In this document: in pieces, positions 1 to 11,400 of the stretch
How positions within the stretch are numbered: position 1 is the stretch's first letter
Layout of the letters: every line of letters starts with the position of its first letter
DNA from: an uncultured Clostridia bacterium
GTDB taxonomy: Bacteria > Bacillota > Clostridia > Christensenellales > UBA3700
Length of the DNA stretch: 64,000 bases
Assembly (NCBI GenBank): GCA_947176265.1
Contig: CAMWQA010000002.1
Location: forward strand, 321 to 64,320
Reading direction: 5' to 3'
The notes under the pieces: model-generated
Seen by the model: the letters and a program-made list of their open reading frames with translations, nothing else
What the model was told of the DNA's origin: nothing
Database searches by the model: none
Translations under genes and position numbers: made by a program

Positions 1-138
1 AGCGCTTTGGAAATATCCTTGGCAAGCCGAGACAAAGCAATCTCGCGCGAAGACGCGATAGCCGAACTCAACTCAACTTTGGGCTTCTCCCTCGAAGAGA
101 TCCCCGAATGCGCAATAATGAAGGAATATATAAAGTGA
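1..138 (+). CDS. 3' end of an upstream gene truncated by the window edge (function unknown)
   Basis: Frame 1 is open from nt 1 to TGA at 136-138 (45 codons, ...LEEIPECAIMKEYIK*). It is truncated, so it is absent from the ORF track. Same strand as the next genes. Confidence 0.3.
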   Translation, partial: SALEISLASRDKAISREDAIAELNSTLGFSLEEIPECAIMKEYIK

Positions 139-818
139 CAAACGCGATAGTATATTATTCAAATACCAATCAATCCAAACGCATTGCGCAATATTTTGCC
201 GACAATCTGCATTATCCAATTTGGGATATTTTCGAAATACCAATTCACGATTTTGACAATCTCGTATTGGTATTCCCGATACACTGTCAAAGTCTGCCCG
301 ACACAGTCAAAGAATTTTTAGCGCAGGCAAAAATATCAAACCTAACGCTGATAGCAACTTACGGCAGAATGTGCCACGGCAACGCGCTGTATGAGGCGCA
401 AAGATTATATCCTCACAATATCGTAGCGGCAGCGTACGTCCCTACCCGCCATTCTTATCTGCAAGACAAAGAGTTCGACGGTTTTGACGCTCTGCAACCA
501 ATCGCACAAAAAGTCCTTGCGCCGCTGCCAATCAAGATACCTAAGTCTTACAAAAATCCATTGTCCAATCTATTTAAACTCAAGAGAAGTCAACTCGGCA
601 TCAAGATAAAAAGGACCGAAGAATGCGACGGCTGCGGACTGTGTTCGCAAATATGCAAACACGGCGGCATAACCGACGGCGTGACGAATAAACAATGTAT
701 TAGATGCCTCAAATGCGTTAGTTCCTGTCCAAAAGGCGCATTGAAATTTTCGCTGTCCTTACCGATGAAAACTTACCTTAAAAAGAAAAAGCAAGATAAA
801 TTGGTAATTTATATTTAA
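108..818 (+). CDS. Flavodoxin-like domain fused to a 2x[4Fe-4S] ferredoxin domain (EFR1-type ferredoxin-like protein)
   Basis: 236-aa ORF. The N-terminus is flavodoxin-like (AIVYYSNTNQSKRIA). The C-terminus carries the cluster motifs CDGCGLCSQIC and CIRCLKCVSSCP. A GTG at 135 with an upstream GAAGGA is an alternative start. Confidence 0.7.
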   Translation: MRNNEGIYKVTNAIVYYSNTNQSKRIAQYFADNLHYPIWDIFEIPIHDFDNLVLVFPIHCQSLPDTVKEFLAQAKISNLTLIATYGRMCHGNALYEAQRLYPHNIVAAAYVPTRHSYLQDKEFDGFDALQPIAQKVLAPLPIKIPKSYKNPLSNLFKLKRSQLGIKIKRTEECDGCGLCSQICKHGGITDGVTNKQCIRCLKCVSSCPKGALKFSLSLPMKTYLKKKKQDKLVIYI

Positions 819-846
819 CAAATATCTCCCCTTTAGGCAGAAAGAT

Positions 847-875
847 TTGACAAAAAAACCTGTGGGATATATACT
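847..875 (+). promoter_or_regulatory. sigma-A-type promoter of lysA
   Basis: TTGACA (847-852), 17-nt spacer, TATACT (870-875). GGAGA at 896-900 and ATG at 909. Confidence 0.55.
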
Positions 876-908
876 TTTAATATCATTAAAAACACGGAGA
901 ATACGAAA

Positions 909-2165
909 ATGAAAAAAGTACCCTTTGTGACAAAGGAACAAATCCAAGAAATAACCAAGACTTACCCTACGCCGTTTCACATATACGACGAGAAAGGCAT
1001 AAGAGAAAACGCAAGATTGCTCAAGAAAGCTTTTGCGTGGAATAAAGGATTTAAGGAATATTTTGCCGTAAAGGCTACGCCAAATCCGCATATTTTGCAG
1101 CTGCTCAAGGAAGAAGGCACTGGAGTTGACTGCTCTTCTTTAACTGAGCTTATGATGAGCGAAAAAGTCGGCTTTAAGGGACACGAGATTATGTTTTCTT
1201 CCAACGTAACTCCCGAGGCAGATTTCAAACTCGCCGCAAAGCTTGGCGCAATAATCAACTTCGACGACCTTACCCATATAGATTATTACAAGAACTTAGC
1301 TCCATTCCAAGAGACTATGTGCTGCAGATACAATCCGGGCGGAGACTTTACTCTCAACAATGAGATTATGGACACTCCAAAGGACGCAAAGTACGGCATG
1401 ACAAAAGAGCAAATCAAGATTGCTTACGCAAAGCTCAAGGAGTACGGCGTAAAGAATTTTGGTATACACGCATTTTTGGCAAGCAACACGGTAGGCACGG
1501 GATATTACCCCACCTTAGCGAAGATACTCTTTGAACTTGCAGTAGAAATCAAAAAAGAGGTTGGAGTACACATTTCATTCATCAACTTATCAGGCGGCGT
1601 AGGCGTACAGTACCGCCCCGATAAAGAAGGCAACGATATACTTGCAATCGGCGAAGGCGTTCGTAAAGCGTACGAAGAGGTACTCGTACCCAACGGTATG
1701 GACGACGTGGCAATCTTTACGGAACTTGGCAGATTTATGCTTGCTCCCTACGGCGCTCTTATAGCAAAGGTAATACACAAAAAACATATATGGAAAGAAT
1801 ACGTAGGACTTGACGCATGCGCGGCAAATCTTATGCGTCCCGCAATGTACGGCGCATACCACCACATAACGGTGCTTGGCAAGGAGAACGAACCGTTGAC
1901 GTATAAGTGCGACGTAACGGGCGGTCTTTGCGAAAACAACGACAAATTTGCCGTCGACAGGATGTTGCCTCAAGTAGAAATCGGCGATTACGTAAATATC
2001 CACGACGCAGGCGCGCACGGCTTTGCAATGGGATATAATTACAACGGCAAGTTGCGCTCTGCAGAGCTTCTCCTCAAGGAAGACGGAAGCGTCAAACTCA
2101 TAAGAAGAGCGGAAACTCCAGAGGATTATTTTGCAACGCTAGACTTCTCAGAATTTAAAAAATAA
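909..2165 (+). CDS. lysA: Diaminopimelate decarboxylase (type III PLP-dependent decarboxylase family)
   Basis: 418 aa. YPTPFHIYDE start region, PLP-lysine context FAVKATPN, C-terminal GGLCENNDKF...GAHGFAMGYNYNGKLRSAELL typical of LysA-type enzymes. Confidence 0.8.
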   Translation: MKKVPFVTKEQIQEITKTYPTPFHIYDEKGIRENARLLKKAFAWNKGFKEYFAVKATPNPHILQLLKEEGTGVDCSSLTELMMSEKVGFKGHEIMFSSNVTPEADFKLAAKLGAIINFDDLTHIDYYKNLAPFQETMCCRYNPGGDFTLNNEIMDTPKDAKYGMTKEQIKIAYAKLKEYGVKNFGIHAFLASNTVGTGYYPTLAKILFELAVEIKKEVGVHISFINLSGGVGVQYRPDKEGNDILAIGEGVRKAYEEVLVPNGMDDVAIFTELGRFMLAPYGALIAKVIHKKHIWKEYVGLDACAANLMRPAMYGAYHHITVLGKENEPLTYKCDVTGGLCENNDKFAVDRMLPQVEIGDYVNIHDAGAHGFAMGYNYNGKLRSAELLLKEDGSVKLIRRAETPEDYFATLDFSEFKK

Positions 2166-2180
2166 TTGCAATCAACTCAA

Positions 2181-2210
2181 AGGCGAATACTCTATGACGG
2201 ATATTCGCCT
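2181..2210 (+). terminator. Hairpin after lysA (weak terminator, no clear U-tract)
   Basis: AGGCGAATA (2181-2189) pairs with TATTCGCCT (2202-2210) across a 12-nt loop. It is followed by ATAAAAATC rather than a T-run. Confidence 0.3.
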
Positions 2211-2232
2211 ATAAAAATCTTAAGAGGTACTT

Positions 2233-2799
2233 ATGAAGAAAAAACAACAAGACGAACTTGCTACTCAAGAGGTTACCGTAGACGAAATTTCTCAACCTGC
2301 TGAAGAGAAAGAAAAAAAGAAGATGAGCAAACTGAAAAAACTGACTATCCTGTGGACGGTAATAATGTTTTGCGTTTACATAGCTCTCGACGCAAGCAAA
2401 ATCGTCAAAAACGGTTGGACTGCAATCAATATAATAGTGACGGTATTCCTCGCTTTGCAAATAGTGTTGTTTATAATTTTCGCATTGATAGGCGCAAAAG
2501 ACAAAAAGCAAAAAAAGATGCAGAAAGCCACTATGAACTACGTCAAGAAGACGAAAAAAATTACGGTAAAACTACTTACCGTAATTACTTCAATCATGAT
2601 GATCATAGGAGTTGAAAGCGTGAGTTTCGGCGACGTACTCGCAATAATCGTAGCAATAATCTCTTTGCTATTGGCGATGTTCTCTCTCGCAATGGCTATC
2701 AGAAAGCAAGTAAACAAATCAAAGAAAGCCAAAGAAAAACAGAAAAAACTGCAGGCAAAGCAAGATAAAAAACAACAAAAACTAAACGACGGTAAATAA
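2233..2799 (+). CDS. Small membrane protein with Lys/Glu-rich termini (unknown function)
   Basis: 188 aa with about four hydrophobic helices (LTILWTVIMFCVYIAL, INIIVTVFLALQIVLFIIFALIG, etc.) between highly charged K/E/Q-rich N- and C-terminal segments. AGAGG RBS before the ATG. Confidence 0.6.
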   Translation: MKKKQQDELATQEVTVDEISQPAEEKEKKKMSKLKKLTILWTVIMFCVYIALDASKIVKNGWTAINIIVTVFLALQIVLFIIFALIGAKDKKQKKMQKATMNYVKKTKKITVKLLTVITSIMMIIGVESVSFGDVLAIIVAIISLLLAMFSLAMAIRKQVNKSKKAKEKQKKLQAKQDKKQQKLNDGK

Positions 2800-2807
2800 A
2801 AAACAAA

Positions 2808-3590
2808 TTACTTTTTATCGGTAAATTTGCGAACTTTCATTGCATACTTATCGGAAGCTTTTGCATTATCCATATACTTTTTAAATACTCCAACGTAGTC
2901 CGAAAGTCTATCGTTTTCTCTAAAAGAATAGTAGCCTTCGGACGCAATGATTATATGGTCAATTACGACGATACCCAACACTTCGGCAGCAGAGATTAGC
3001 CACCTCGTAAATTCGCAATCGTCAAAAGACGGCAAGGGATTACCCGACGGATGATTGTGCGCGAGCATAATACAATTGCCTTGCGAATCTGCCGTACGCA
3101 TAATAAACTCGCGTGTGTTTAACTGACAGGTATCGATATTCCCCACTCCGATTTTGCAACTTGAAAGCAACATGCCCTTTGCGTTGAGAATTAGCATATA
3201 CATAGCCTCTTCTTTTTCATTCAAGAATAGCTGTTGAAAATACTCCACTGCGTGAGCAACCGTATCAAGCATAGGTTTCGGTCCAAACTTTTGGAGATTG
3301 TATCTTTTGATAATTTGCGGAAGCACGTTGAGAAACAAAGCGGCGTTGTCCGTCATATTTTTGACATCTAAGAGCACTTTTGGCGAAGCGTCAAACACAT
3401 TCTCAAGACTGCCGAACTTATCAATTAAATCATGCGCAATGGGATTGGTATCTTTATAAGGAATGAAAGGATAAAGCAGATATTCCAAGACTTCGTGATC
3501 AGGCAAATAAGCAATACCCTGATTCTTGATTTTTTCTTTCACTCTCTCGCGGTGTCCTTGATGAGGATTGTTTTTCTTCTCTTGCGCCAT
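2808..3590 (-). CDS. radC: RadC-like JAB/MPN domain protein
   Basis: 260 aa. N-terminal HhH-like region (LIDKFGSLENVFDASPKVLLDV) and the JAMM signature MLAHNHPSGNPLPSFDD. Confidence 0.85.
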   Translation of the reverse strand: MAQEKKNNPHQGHRERVKEKIKNQGIAYLPDHEVLEYLLYPFIPYKDTNPIAHDLIDKFGSLENVFDASPKVLLDVKNMTDNAALFLNVLPQIIKRYNLQKFGPKPMLDTVAHAVEYFQQLFLNEKEEAMYMLILNAKGMLLSSCKIGVGNIDTCQLNTREFIMRTADSQGNCIMLAHNHPSGNPLPSFDDCEFTRWLISAAEVLGIVVIDHIIIASEGYYSFRENDRLSDYVGVFKKYMDNAKASDKYAMKVRKFTDKK

Positions 3591-3625
3591 TTTATCTTTT
3601 GTCTCTGATTGATATAAATTTTGTA

Positions 3626-4501
3626 TTAAGCCGCTTCTCCGCTACCCGTAGATACAGGCGTAGTCTTATAATTGATTTTTGCATTCTTGATACTGTCAAG
3701 AAAACCGATAATCGTACTCGTCGGGATTGCGCAACTTAAGCCGTAGGTACTGCCGCCATCTATTCCAATTCTTGAGCAGATGATCCCGCACACTCTGCTA
3801 TACGCATTGAACACAGGTCCTCCGCTGTTGCCGTGATTGATATTGCCGTCAAGTACTATCGAATTAAAACTATCGCCTGAATTTAGTTTTATTTCGGGAT
3901 TGCCAACAGTCAACTCCGAGAGAACAAGACCTATATTCTCGGGATTGCCGATAGTATATAATCTTTCGCCATAATAGAGTTTCCTTTGAGTCTCGAATAC
4001 AACAGGTTGGAACTTGTTGGATAAGAGCGGCATATCGATTTTGAGCACTGCAAGATCGGCAGACAAACTATATGCGATAAGCTTTACTTCTTTATACTGT
4101 ATGTTGTCGGCAAATACTACGCTGTAATCGGCAGACATGGGCTTATCCGACGCATTCTGAGGCACATCGCTGCTTGTCGAAGAGAATCTAACCACGCCAT
4201 GTCTATTGGTAAGCACGTAACCGTTTTCCGATATAATAAAACCGCTGAGAGCGCTGGTCGTGATCGTAGAGCCGTTCTTGTATTCTGCTATTACACGCAC
4301 GCAAGACGCGATATTATTGTTTGCCACTATGCTTGCGGTGCGCGCGTCGTCTACAGTCCCGATATCGATATAGTATCTAGTCGGGTCGGCTTTGTTCACA
4401 AATATGCTGTCGCACGCTGTCATAGACAACGTCAAAACAACTGCGAGTATCAAAAGTATTACTACAAAGCTTCGCTTTTTCATTATTTTGTCAAACTCCA
4501 T
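3626..4501 (-). CDS. Trypsin-like (S1C/HtrA-like) serine protease, probable lipoprotein
   Basis: Signal/lipobox LTLSMTAC. Catalytic triad contexts LTNRHGV (His), DLAVLKID (Asp) and GNSGGPVFN (Ser). An alternative ATG at 4483 would remove the 19-nt overlap with the upstream gene. Confidence 0.8.
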   Translation of the reverse strand: MEFDKIMKKRSFVVILLILAVVLTLSMTACDSIFVNKADPTRYYIDIGTVDDARTASIVANNNIASCVRVIAEYKNGSTITTSALSGFIISENGYVLTNRHGVVRFSSTSSDVPQNASDKPMSADYSVVFADNIQYKEVKLIAYSLSADLAVLKIDMPLLSNKFQPVVFETQRKLYYGERLYTIGNPENIGLVLSELTVGNPEIKLNSGDSFNSIVLDGNINHGNSGGPVFNAYSRVCGIICSRIGIDGGSTYGLSCAIPTSTIIGFLDSIKNAKINYKTTPVSTGSGEAA

Positions 4502-5328
4502 TTTTCCGTATGTACGACTTCTTCGCCCACTGCCATACTCTTGATTGGAGAGAGCGTCTCTATCTCCAACATAATATCGTTGGTGTACGTCTCGATATTG
4601 CAGTGATGGTCGCCGTACTCGCCTTCGGGAGAATTTATCTCAATAGTAAACTTCATGCCCTTGATATCCACGCTGACCGGTCCGCAGGCGAAAGTGCCAA
4701 TTTTAATAGGCTGTTTTACGTCTTTTTGTTGCAAGGTAATAGCGTCGTTGAGTATGCAAAGTCTGTCGTCCTTAAGATCGGTATAGCTCCAAAGCGTGAT
4801 ATTTCTATTGGGAAGCAATCCCGTGTCTTCCGTAGATATTGGAATATACGCTTTTGCCGTCTTATCCATTACGGACAGAGCCCACAGCGCAACCGGCGGC
4901 GTAACGCATTTTCCTTTGTTGACAAATTTATGCTCCAATCTAGCGTCGCCCATTTCGTCCATAGTTATCTTAATACTCTTTTGCAATCCCGTTGTACTCT
5001 CAACTTCGCTGACAAAAGTCACGCTCTCGCCCTCTTCAACGACTTGAACGGGCGCATTATCGGGATAATACGTGTCAAGATACTCGGGGCATTTCCAAAG
5101 TCTGTGTCCGCCGTAGATATGCCAAATGCCCTTGCCGGGGAGATTGGTATCGAAGTATTCTCCGCCCTTGTTGATAAGGTCTTTCTCGTCTTCATAGAAA
5201 ATATTCTCTCCGCCGTCAAAACCGTAATATATCACTCTCGGGCCAAGGTCAACTGTGACTAGCATCGTCTTGCCGCCCCTTGACAATTTTGCGCATTTGC
5301 CATATTGTTTATAATCTACGTATTGCAT
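4483..5328 (-). CDS. Hypothetical cytoplasmic protein
   Basis: The long ORF runs 4483-5340. The second ATG (5328, MQYVDYK...) has GGAG 6 nt upstream. I recognise no family motif. Confidence 0.6.
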   Translation of the reverse strand: MQYVDYKQYGKCAKLSRGGKTMLVTVDLGPRVIYYGFDGGENIFYEDEKDLINKGGEYFDTNLPGKGIWHIYGGHRLWKCPEYLDTYYPDNAPVQVVEEGESVTFVSEVESTTGLQKSIKITMDEMGDARLEHKFVNKGKCVTPPVALWALSVMDKTAKAYIPISTEDTGLLPNRNITLWSYTDLKDDRLCILNDAITLQQKDVKQPIKIGTFACGPVSVDIKGMKFTIEINSPEGEYGDHHCNIETYTNDIMLEIETLSPIKSMAVGEEVVHTEKWSLTK

Positions 5329-5370
5329 AAATATCTCCATTCGATTAAATTATATTTGCTAAACAACATT

Positions 5371-5399
5371 ATTTTATCACACTATTTTTGCGATTTCAA
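5371..5399 (-). promoter_or_regulatory. sigma-A-type promoter (extended -10) for the 4483-5328 gene
   Basis: Minus strand: TTGAAA (5394-5399), 17 nt, TGaTAAAAT (-10 at 5371-5376). Confidence 0.45.
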
Positions 5400-5454
5400 G
5401 ACTAATAAAATTTTTTTAATATATTTATATAAAGATTTTACAATCATTCTAATT

Positions 5455-5481
5455 AAAAAGTGGAACGCGTTTGCGTTCCAC
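5455..5481 (-). terminator. Rho-independent terminator of the giant gene 5489-12025
   Basis: A 9-bp stem GTGGAACGC/GCGTTCCAC (5460-5481) with a 4-nt loop, followed on the minus strand by TTTTTAATT. It begins 8 nt after the stop codon. Confidence 0.7.
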
Positions 5482-5488
5482 TTACCGG

Positions 5489-8400
5489 TTATTTTTTGCT
5501 TTTTATTGCGCGTTGTTCTTTGAGCAAGTCTTGATATCTTTCGATTTGATCCTCTCTGAGGTCTATCATATTCTTTGCTACCTTGCAAGCCTGCGCGTCG
5601 GATATTATGACTTCCGTCTCTTTGACTTTGACCTTTGTGCCGTCGCTAGTCGCGTCTCTCTTGATGTCCTTCAAATACTCGTCTTCCATCTTAAAGAGCG
5701 CCACTACGGTGTCTTTCTTGATTGTCAACTTCATAAGAGGATTGACCGTAGACTGCCCGAATACTATGAAGTAAGTCGATTTCTTTTCCTTGCACTTGTC
5801 TTTCGTCAATGCGTACTGTCTCAATCCGTCGAAATACTTTTGCTGTTGTTTAGACAATTGAGCGTAAGCTTCGTCAAGAGAGAGCTTGGGCGCAACTTCT
5901 TTTTTAGTTTTAATAGGCGCAGATGCTTCAATCGGAACTTCAACTTTAACCTCTTTCTCTATTATTTTCTCGACGACTTTTTCTACCGGTACTTCCTTGA
6001 CGATTTCTTTTTCTACTATTTTCTCTACCTCGACAGGGACTTCAACTTTGACTTCCTTCTCGACTATCTTTTCGACAATTTGCGGTTCTGCATCTTGCTT
6101 CTTTGCCATCTCGTCAAGTCTTTGCATAATCAATTTTTGTCCTTCAACAAGGTTCTTTATCGTCTCGTCGTTAGCGCCCCCTACAGCCACTTCGCGCGCT
6201 ATGACTTTCTCGACAGGCTGTTGCTCGGAAAGTCTTTGCATAATCATCTTTTGTCCCTCTACTAGGCTCTTGATTATATCGTCATTATTGGACGGTACGA
6301 CAGTTGCGGCAACCATTGCATTTGAACTTATTTGATCTTGCAGTCTTGCAATCGTGTCGTTTAGCCTTTGGATTGTATCGTCGCCCATCGAGGATTGCTG
6401 TACTGGCGGTAATTGCTGAATATTGCGCGACATAGCGTCGTCTATCATACCTTGGATTGCGCCCATATCTATGGCTGCGCTTTGTACCCCTTGTCCGCCG
6501 CCGTTGTTGCCAAGCATTCCCATAAGCATCATCTGCATTTGGTCGGCGCGTTGTTTGTTCTCTATCTCAGCTTTGTTTGCGTTGTACTCGTCTCTTGCAT
6601 TTTCAAGCTCGCGTTCTGCCTTGTTGTATCCGCTCTTCTCTATCAACATAAATACAAAGCTCAATACTCCAAGTCCCATAAGTACGCAAGCTATCGCAGT
6701 CCATGCCGTCATTGACAAGCCGAACAAGCCTACCATTCCCGCATAATACGCCGAATTGTATTTATTCTTTATCGTATTCTTGGCTTGTTTTTTCTTGCTT
6801 GCGTAACTAATACCCTTTGAAGTAAATATAATAATCAATATAATACTAATTACGCTAGCAATGATTTGCCACCACTCTTTAAGCACTTCTCCTACTTTGC
6901 CAAAGTCAACTACTCCTCCCGTCTTGTTTTCTTCGGGGTCTTTATTTCCTTGCGCTTTCGGGTCGTACGTAACTTGTTCTACGACATCTTTATTTACGTC
7001 TATAATATCGTAGTTGCCATTGTCAATCTTAGCGATTACTTTTGCATACTCCATACCGTCGGCGATTTCTGCCAAAGTAAGTTCAAAGCCGTCTGCGTCA
7101 AGATAGGTATACTTAAACTCTATATCGCTATGTCCTCTGACTGTCAGCTTAGGTAAGCCGTTGGCGTCAGTAGCCCATACCAAAGTATTTTGCGATACCG
7201 TCGCCTTGTCTATCTTCACGGTATACGTATAGCTGTCATTGCTTCCGTCCTCCCAAGTATAGACTTCTCCGTCTAGACTTACCGTTATTGTATATTCTCT
7301 CGCGTCCGTCATTTCCTCTACGTCAAACTTGACTCCCTTTCCCGCAGGTTTCTTCAAGAACTCTTCGACCGTGTGAGTATTGCCGTCGTAGGTTATTGTC
7401 TTTTCTTCGTCGAATATCGGCTTTGCAACCTTGACTGTACCCAAACTTATGGACAAAGTCTTTTTGCCGATTATCTCAATATCATTCTCATAGCCTGCTT
7501 TTGCGCACAGCTCTTTGGTATAGATTTCGCCCAACTGCATATTATTGCTGTTGACAGTATTGCCCTTGCTGTCGGTAATTCTATAGCTAACAAAAGCTTT
7601 TACCCAAGTATCTAGATTAACCGTCGCATTTTCATTACTACCTTGCCATTCCTTGACGTCTATCTTGTATTTTTCTACCTCTACCGTATATCCGGTTGGA
7701 TCGGGACGATCTAGCCACAACACGTTCGTCACGTCAGAATTAGAAGTGGGCGCTATAAGCTCAAACTTCACTAGATATTCTCCCGCCTTGATTGCCTTGT
7801 ACTGCTTATCAGTCAAATGGTCGTAATCATCTCCACTCAAACCTGCGTATTCTTCGCCGTCTTTTGTTACAATCATATTTATATACAATTTCCAATCGTT
7901 GTCGGTAATTCCAAACATACCTGCAAAGTCATGTACTTCGCCGTCAAACATAGTCCAACTTCCGTCATATACAGGCTTGTCTAACTTCTTTGGCTCAACT
8001 TCCCAATTGAATTTTGTAAGCAATCCGCTTGGCATTACCAAAGTTTCATAATTATTCGTGTCAAAGTTGTCAATACGATACGTTGTGGAATAACTGCCTA
8101 CTTCAGTCGTTCCGTCAGTTGTGCCAGTGTACTTAATAAAGTCTTTCAACTCGTCAGGTACGTTGATGAGTTTAACGGTGTACTTGACTTCTCCGCCCTC
8201 TATTCTCGTATACGGTAAATTATCTGTGTAAGCGATTTCGTCCGCGCTTACTCCTACGGAATATCCCCATACGATATTCGACGCGTCTATCTTGGCTTTT
8301 GCTATACTCCAAGATAGCGAATCGGGGAAATTAGGCGCATTGTAATTATCGGTATCGTACGTGTAAGTAACTTGCGCGGTATATGCGCTTCCCGCGTTAG

Positions 8401-11400
8401 TCTGCTCGTTTCCGCTTACTGTAATTGTCAAATTATCAATGCCGTCTTTGCCCTCTAACGTCAACGTGTGCGGAGTTGTATCATAAGTCATAGGTTGTAT
8501 TTCGCTACCGCTTGCGTCAAGCCACTTGCTCTGCGTTAAATCATAAGTCGCGTTCACTACGTTGCCGTCTTTATCGGTGTGCGCGTACGTCCATTTAAGT
8601 CCGCTTACGTCAAAGTCGGCTTTGATTATCTTAAATTCAAACTCTGCGCTGTCGTTATCTATATAGTTGAGATCTCCGCCGTAATTCAACTCTGCCGTAA
8701 CTCTATAATTTCCCACCGTCGTAGGCGCGTCGGTTGAATACGAAGTGCTTCCGTCCTTGAAATATTTGAGCGTAATATTTGCGGGTATAATTCCGCCGTC
8801 TGTCTTGGTTATCTCTATCGTCGGCGCAATGGCTTGCCCCGTATATGCAATTTCCGCATCGTCTATATTATTGCCGTTGTATTTGAGTATCAACGTAACG
8901 ACATATTTATCTTTACCTATCGTAAAGGTATACTCGTTTGTACCGGCTTTGAACTTATAATTTCCTGCGTGCGCCGTCTTGAGCGTAGCAACAGCCTTAA
9001 ACGTCATCTCTTGCGTTACGTTGGTTGGCAAGGTCGTAACGACGTTATTGCTGCTGTCATAATAGGTATAATCTACCATTGAGTCTACGTCAAGATTACC
9101 TATGCTTTTGAGAGTAGGCAATTTATAAACTGTACTGCTTCCATTGTTATCGTCTTTCCAACTTACGTCCAAAGTAGCTTGCTCAATAGCCCAAGCAAAG
9201 TCAAAATCAAAACTTCCCTCGTAGGTATCAGTCGCTCCCTTCGTAGGTACGTAATAGTTATCGGTATCGCTTACTATAAACGTGACAGTCGTGGTATACG
9301 GACCTACAGGCATTTTATCGTTGCCGGTATACTTTACACTCAAACCTTGCGGTAAACTTCCCGACAGTTCCATACTCTGCGCTATACCTTTTTTGTACTC
9401 CGTAGTATTAGTTGTCGGCCAACTCAACCCCGACAAATCGTATTTAGCCTTGTCTATTGAATAGTTCAAAGTATACTGCGAATTGTGAGTCTCGTAAGTA
9501 TTGTCGTAGTTAGTGACGTACACTGTGACGGAATACGTACTCTTTGCGTTTGTGACGTTGACGTCTCCGCTATAGCCATTTGTACCCTTCGTTATATCTA
9601 CCTTTGCGCCGTTTGTTCTCAATACGGTTGCGTCTACGCTGAATTGATATGCGTTGCCGCTGTAAATCAACTTAACGTTGCTAGTGTCGGTAATGACGGT
9701 ATTGTTGTACATCCATACTATCTTTGACGCGTCTATCGTCACAGCGCTACCCTTGACGGTAAACATCGCCGTCTTAGGTACGTCTAAAGAATAATTATCA
9801 TTGTCATTGTTGCTGCCGTACAGCTCTACTCCAATAGTGTAACTGCCTTGCGCTATATCGCCCGGCATAGTGATAGTTCTCGTATTACCGACTGTAACTT
9901 TATTTGCGTTGATTCCATCGTGCTTTACCGACGGATTTTTACTGTCGATATAATAGATATATAAATCCGTAGTATCGGTAGTGAAAGAATCTTCGTCAAT
10001 AATAATCGTCGGGGTATCTCCTACGTTCCACTCCCAACCTGCAGCTGAGCAAGTTATAGTTATGATTAAAGGTTTCTTCGTTATCTCATAGTCAAAGTAT
10101 TGCGCTCCTATACTGCCGTCGGGCCATTGCGTAGATACTCCGTTATCCGCAAGCGTGGCTTTAACTTTATACTGTTTAGCGTTCTTTGCAATCAAAGTAT
10201 TGGTATTGCGATTGTCGTCTTTCCAAGACATACCGTCGGGCAATTCAAAACTTATATCAGAATTATTTCCACCCATCAATGTGAACTCAATATAGTCGCC
10301 TATGTATTCTTGAGTAGACAGCCCTGATTTCGCCGGCAGCGTTACGTCCTTCTTATTTATTTTGAACGAGATTGAATACGTATCATCCAACTCATAACTA
10401 CAGTCGTTGGTAATTATTGCAGTCGCAGTGTAAGTACCGACCGCAGTAGGTAAAGTCGTCGTTGAACCACTTAAACTTGCTCCCGAATACGAAAAGCCAA
10501 GCGTAGGCGCTCGCCCGTTTGCCTCGGTGTCGCCTGTAAATACGTCGCTCAAGTTAGCCAGCGATACAACAGGCATTTCGTTTGTATCCTTTGCAACTAC
10601 TACGCCTATTTTCTTTTTTGTGATAGTGTAAGTAAAGTAACGTACCGTTTCACTTTCTTTATGAATTGGATCTGAAATATCGGGAGTACCTGAAAATTTA
10701 AGTCCGCTTTCTTCTGCCAAATCAGGATCTATCTCTGCTTTAATCGTGTATTTTCCTGCGTTTTTCATTCCGGTAGACGGATAGGTCAACGTAATTTTGG
10801 CGCTGTCAAACCAACTTGTCTTTGTTTCGTCAGTTATGTCTGCCAAAGTCTGGTCTTGACCATTATATGGATTCGTTACATCCACCGGCTCTTCCAAGCC
10901 CAAATAACCTGCCTTTGCCGCCGCCTTGCTTAAATTGAGATGAAATGCGGGACGAACCATATATGAATTATCTATCCATGAATTAGACATACCGTTGCCA
11001 CCCTTGTTTAACAGATAAGCATGATATGAACTAGTACAACTACCTGAGCGAGTCCAGTAATAAGATTGATAAGAGTTGTTGAAATTACAACTAAAGCGAG
11101 TATTACTGGATGCTTGCCATATTCCATCTACATCACTTACTCCGGTCTCCGCTACACTTGGAAGCCACAAGCTATCTGAACCCCAATTCTTATAACCGGT
11201 CTTGTTCAAAAATGATCCAGCCGCTCCGTCACCGCCTACATATAGTGCGTCGTTGTTGTTATTGTATTTGTAATCAGTCGTATATGCCGATGCCGTCACG
11301 CTGTTTTTTGCATATTGATAACGTTGCCACGATACATTGTTAGGCACTTCAATAAATGATTTAAGACTTCCCTTAGCGCTCGCCATTGTGTATATCGCAT

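Noticed and set aside
819-908. Lysine riboswitch or T-box leader upstream of lysA
   Set aside because: The promoter at 847-875 leaves only about 30 nt of leader before the ATG, far too short for an L-box (~180 nt) or a T-box.
5471-6335. Plus-strand ORFs (264 aa and 149 aa) over the tail-coding part of giant gene 1
   Set aside because: These are antisense to the VEK/charged-repeat region. Their F/L/S-rich repetitive translations are the complement of the sense repeats.
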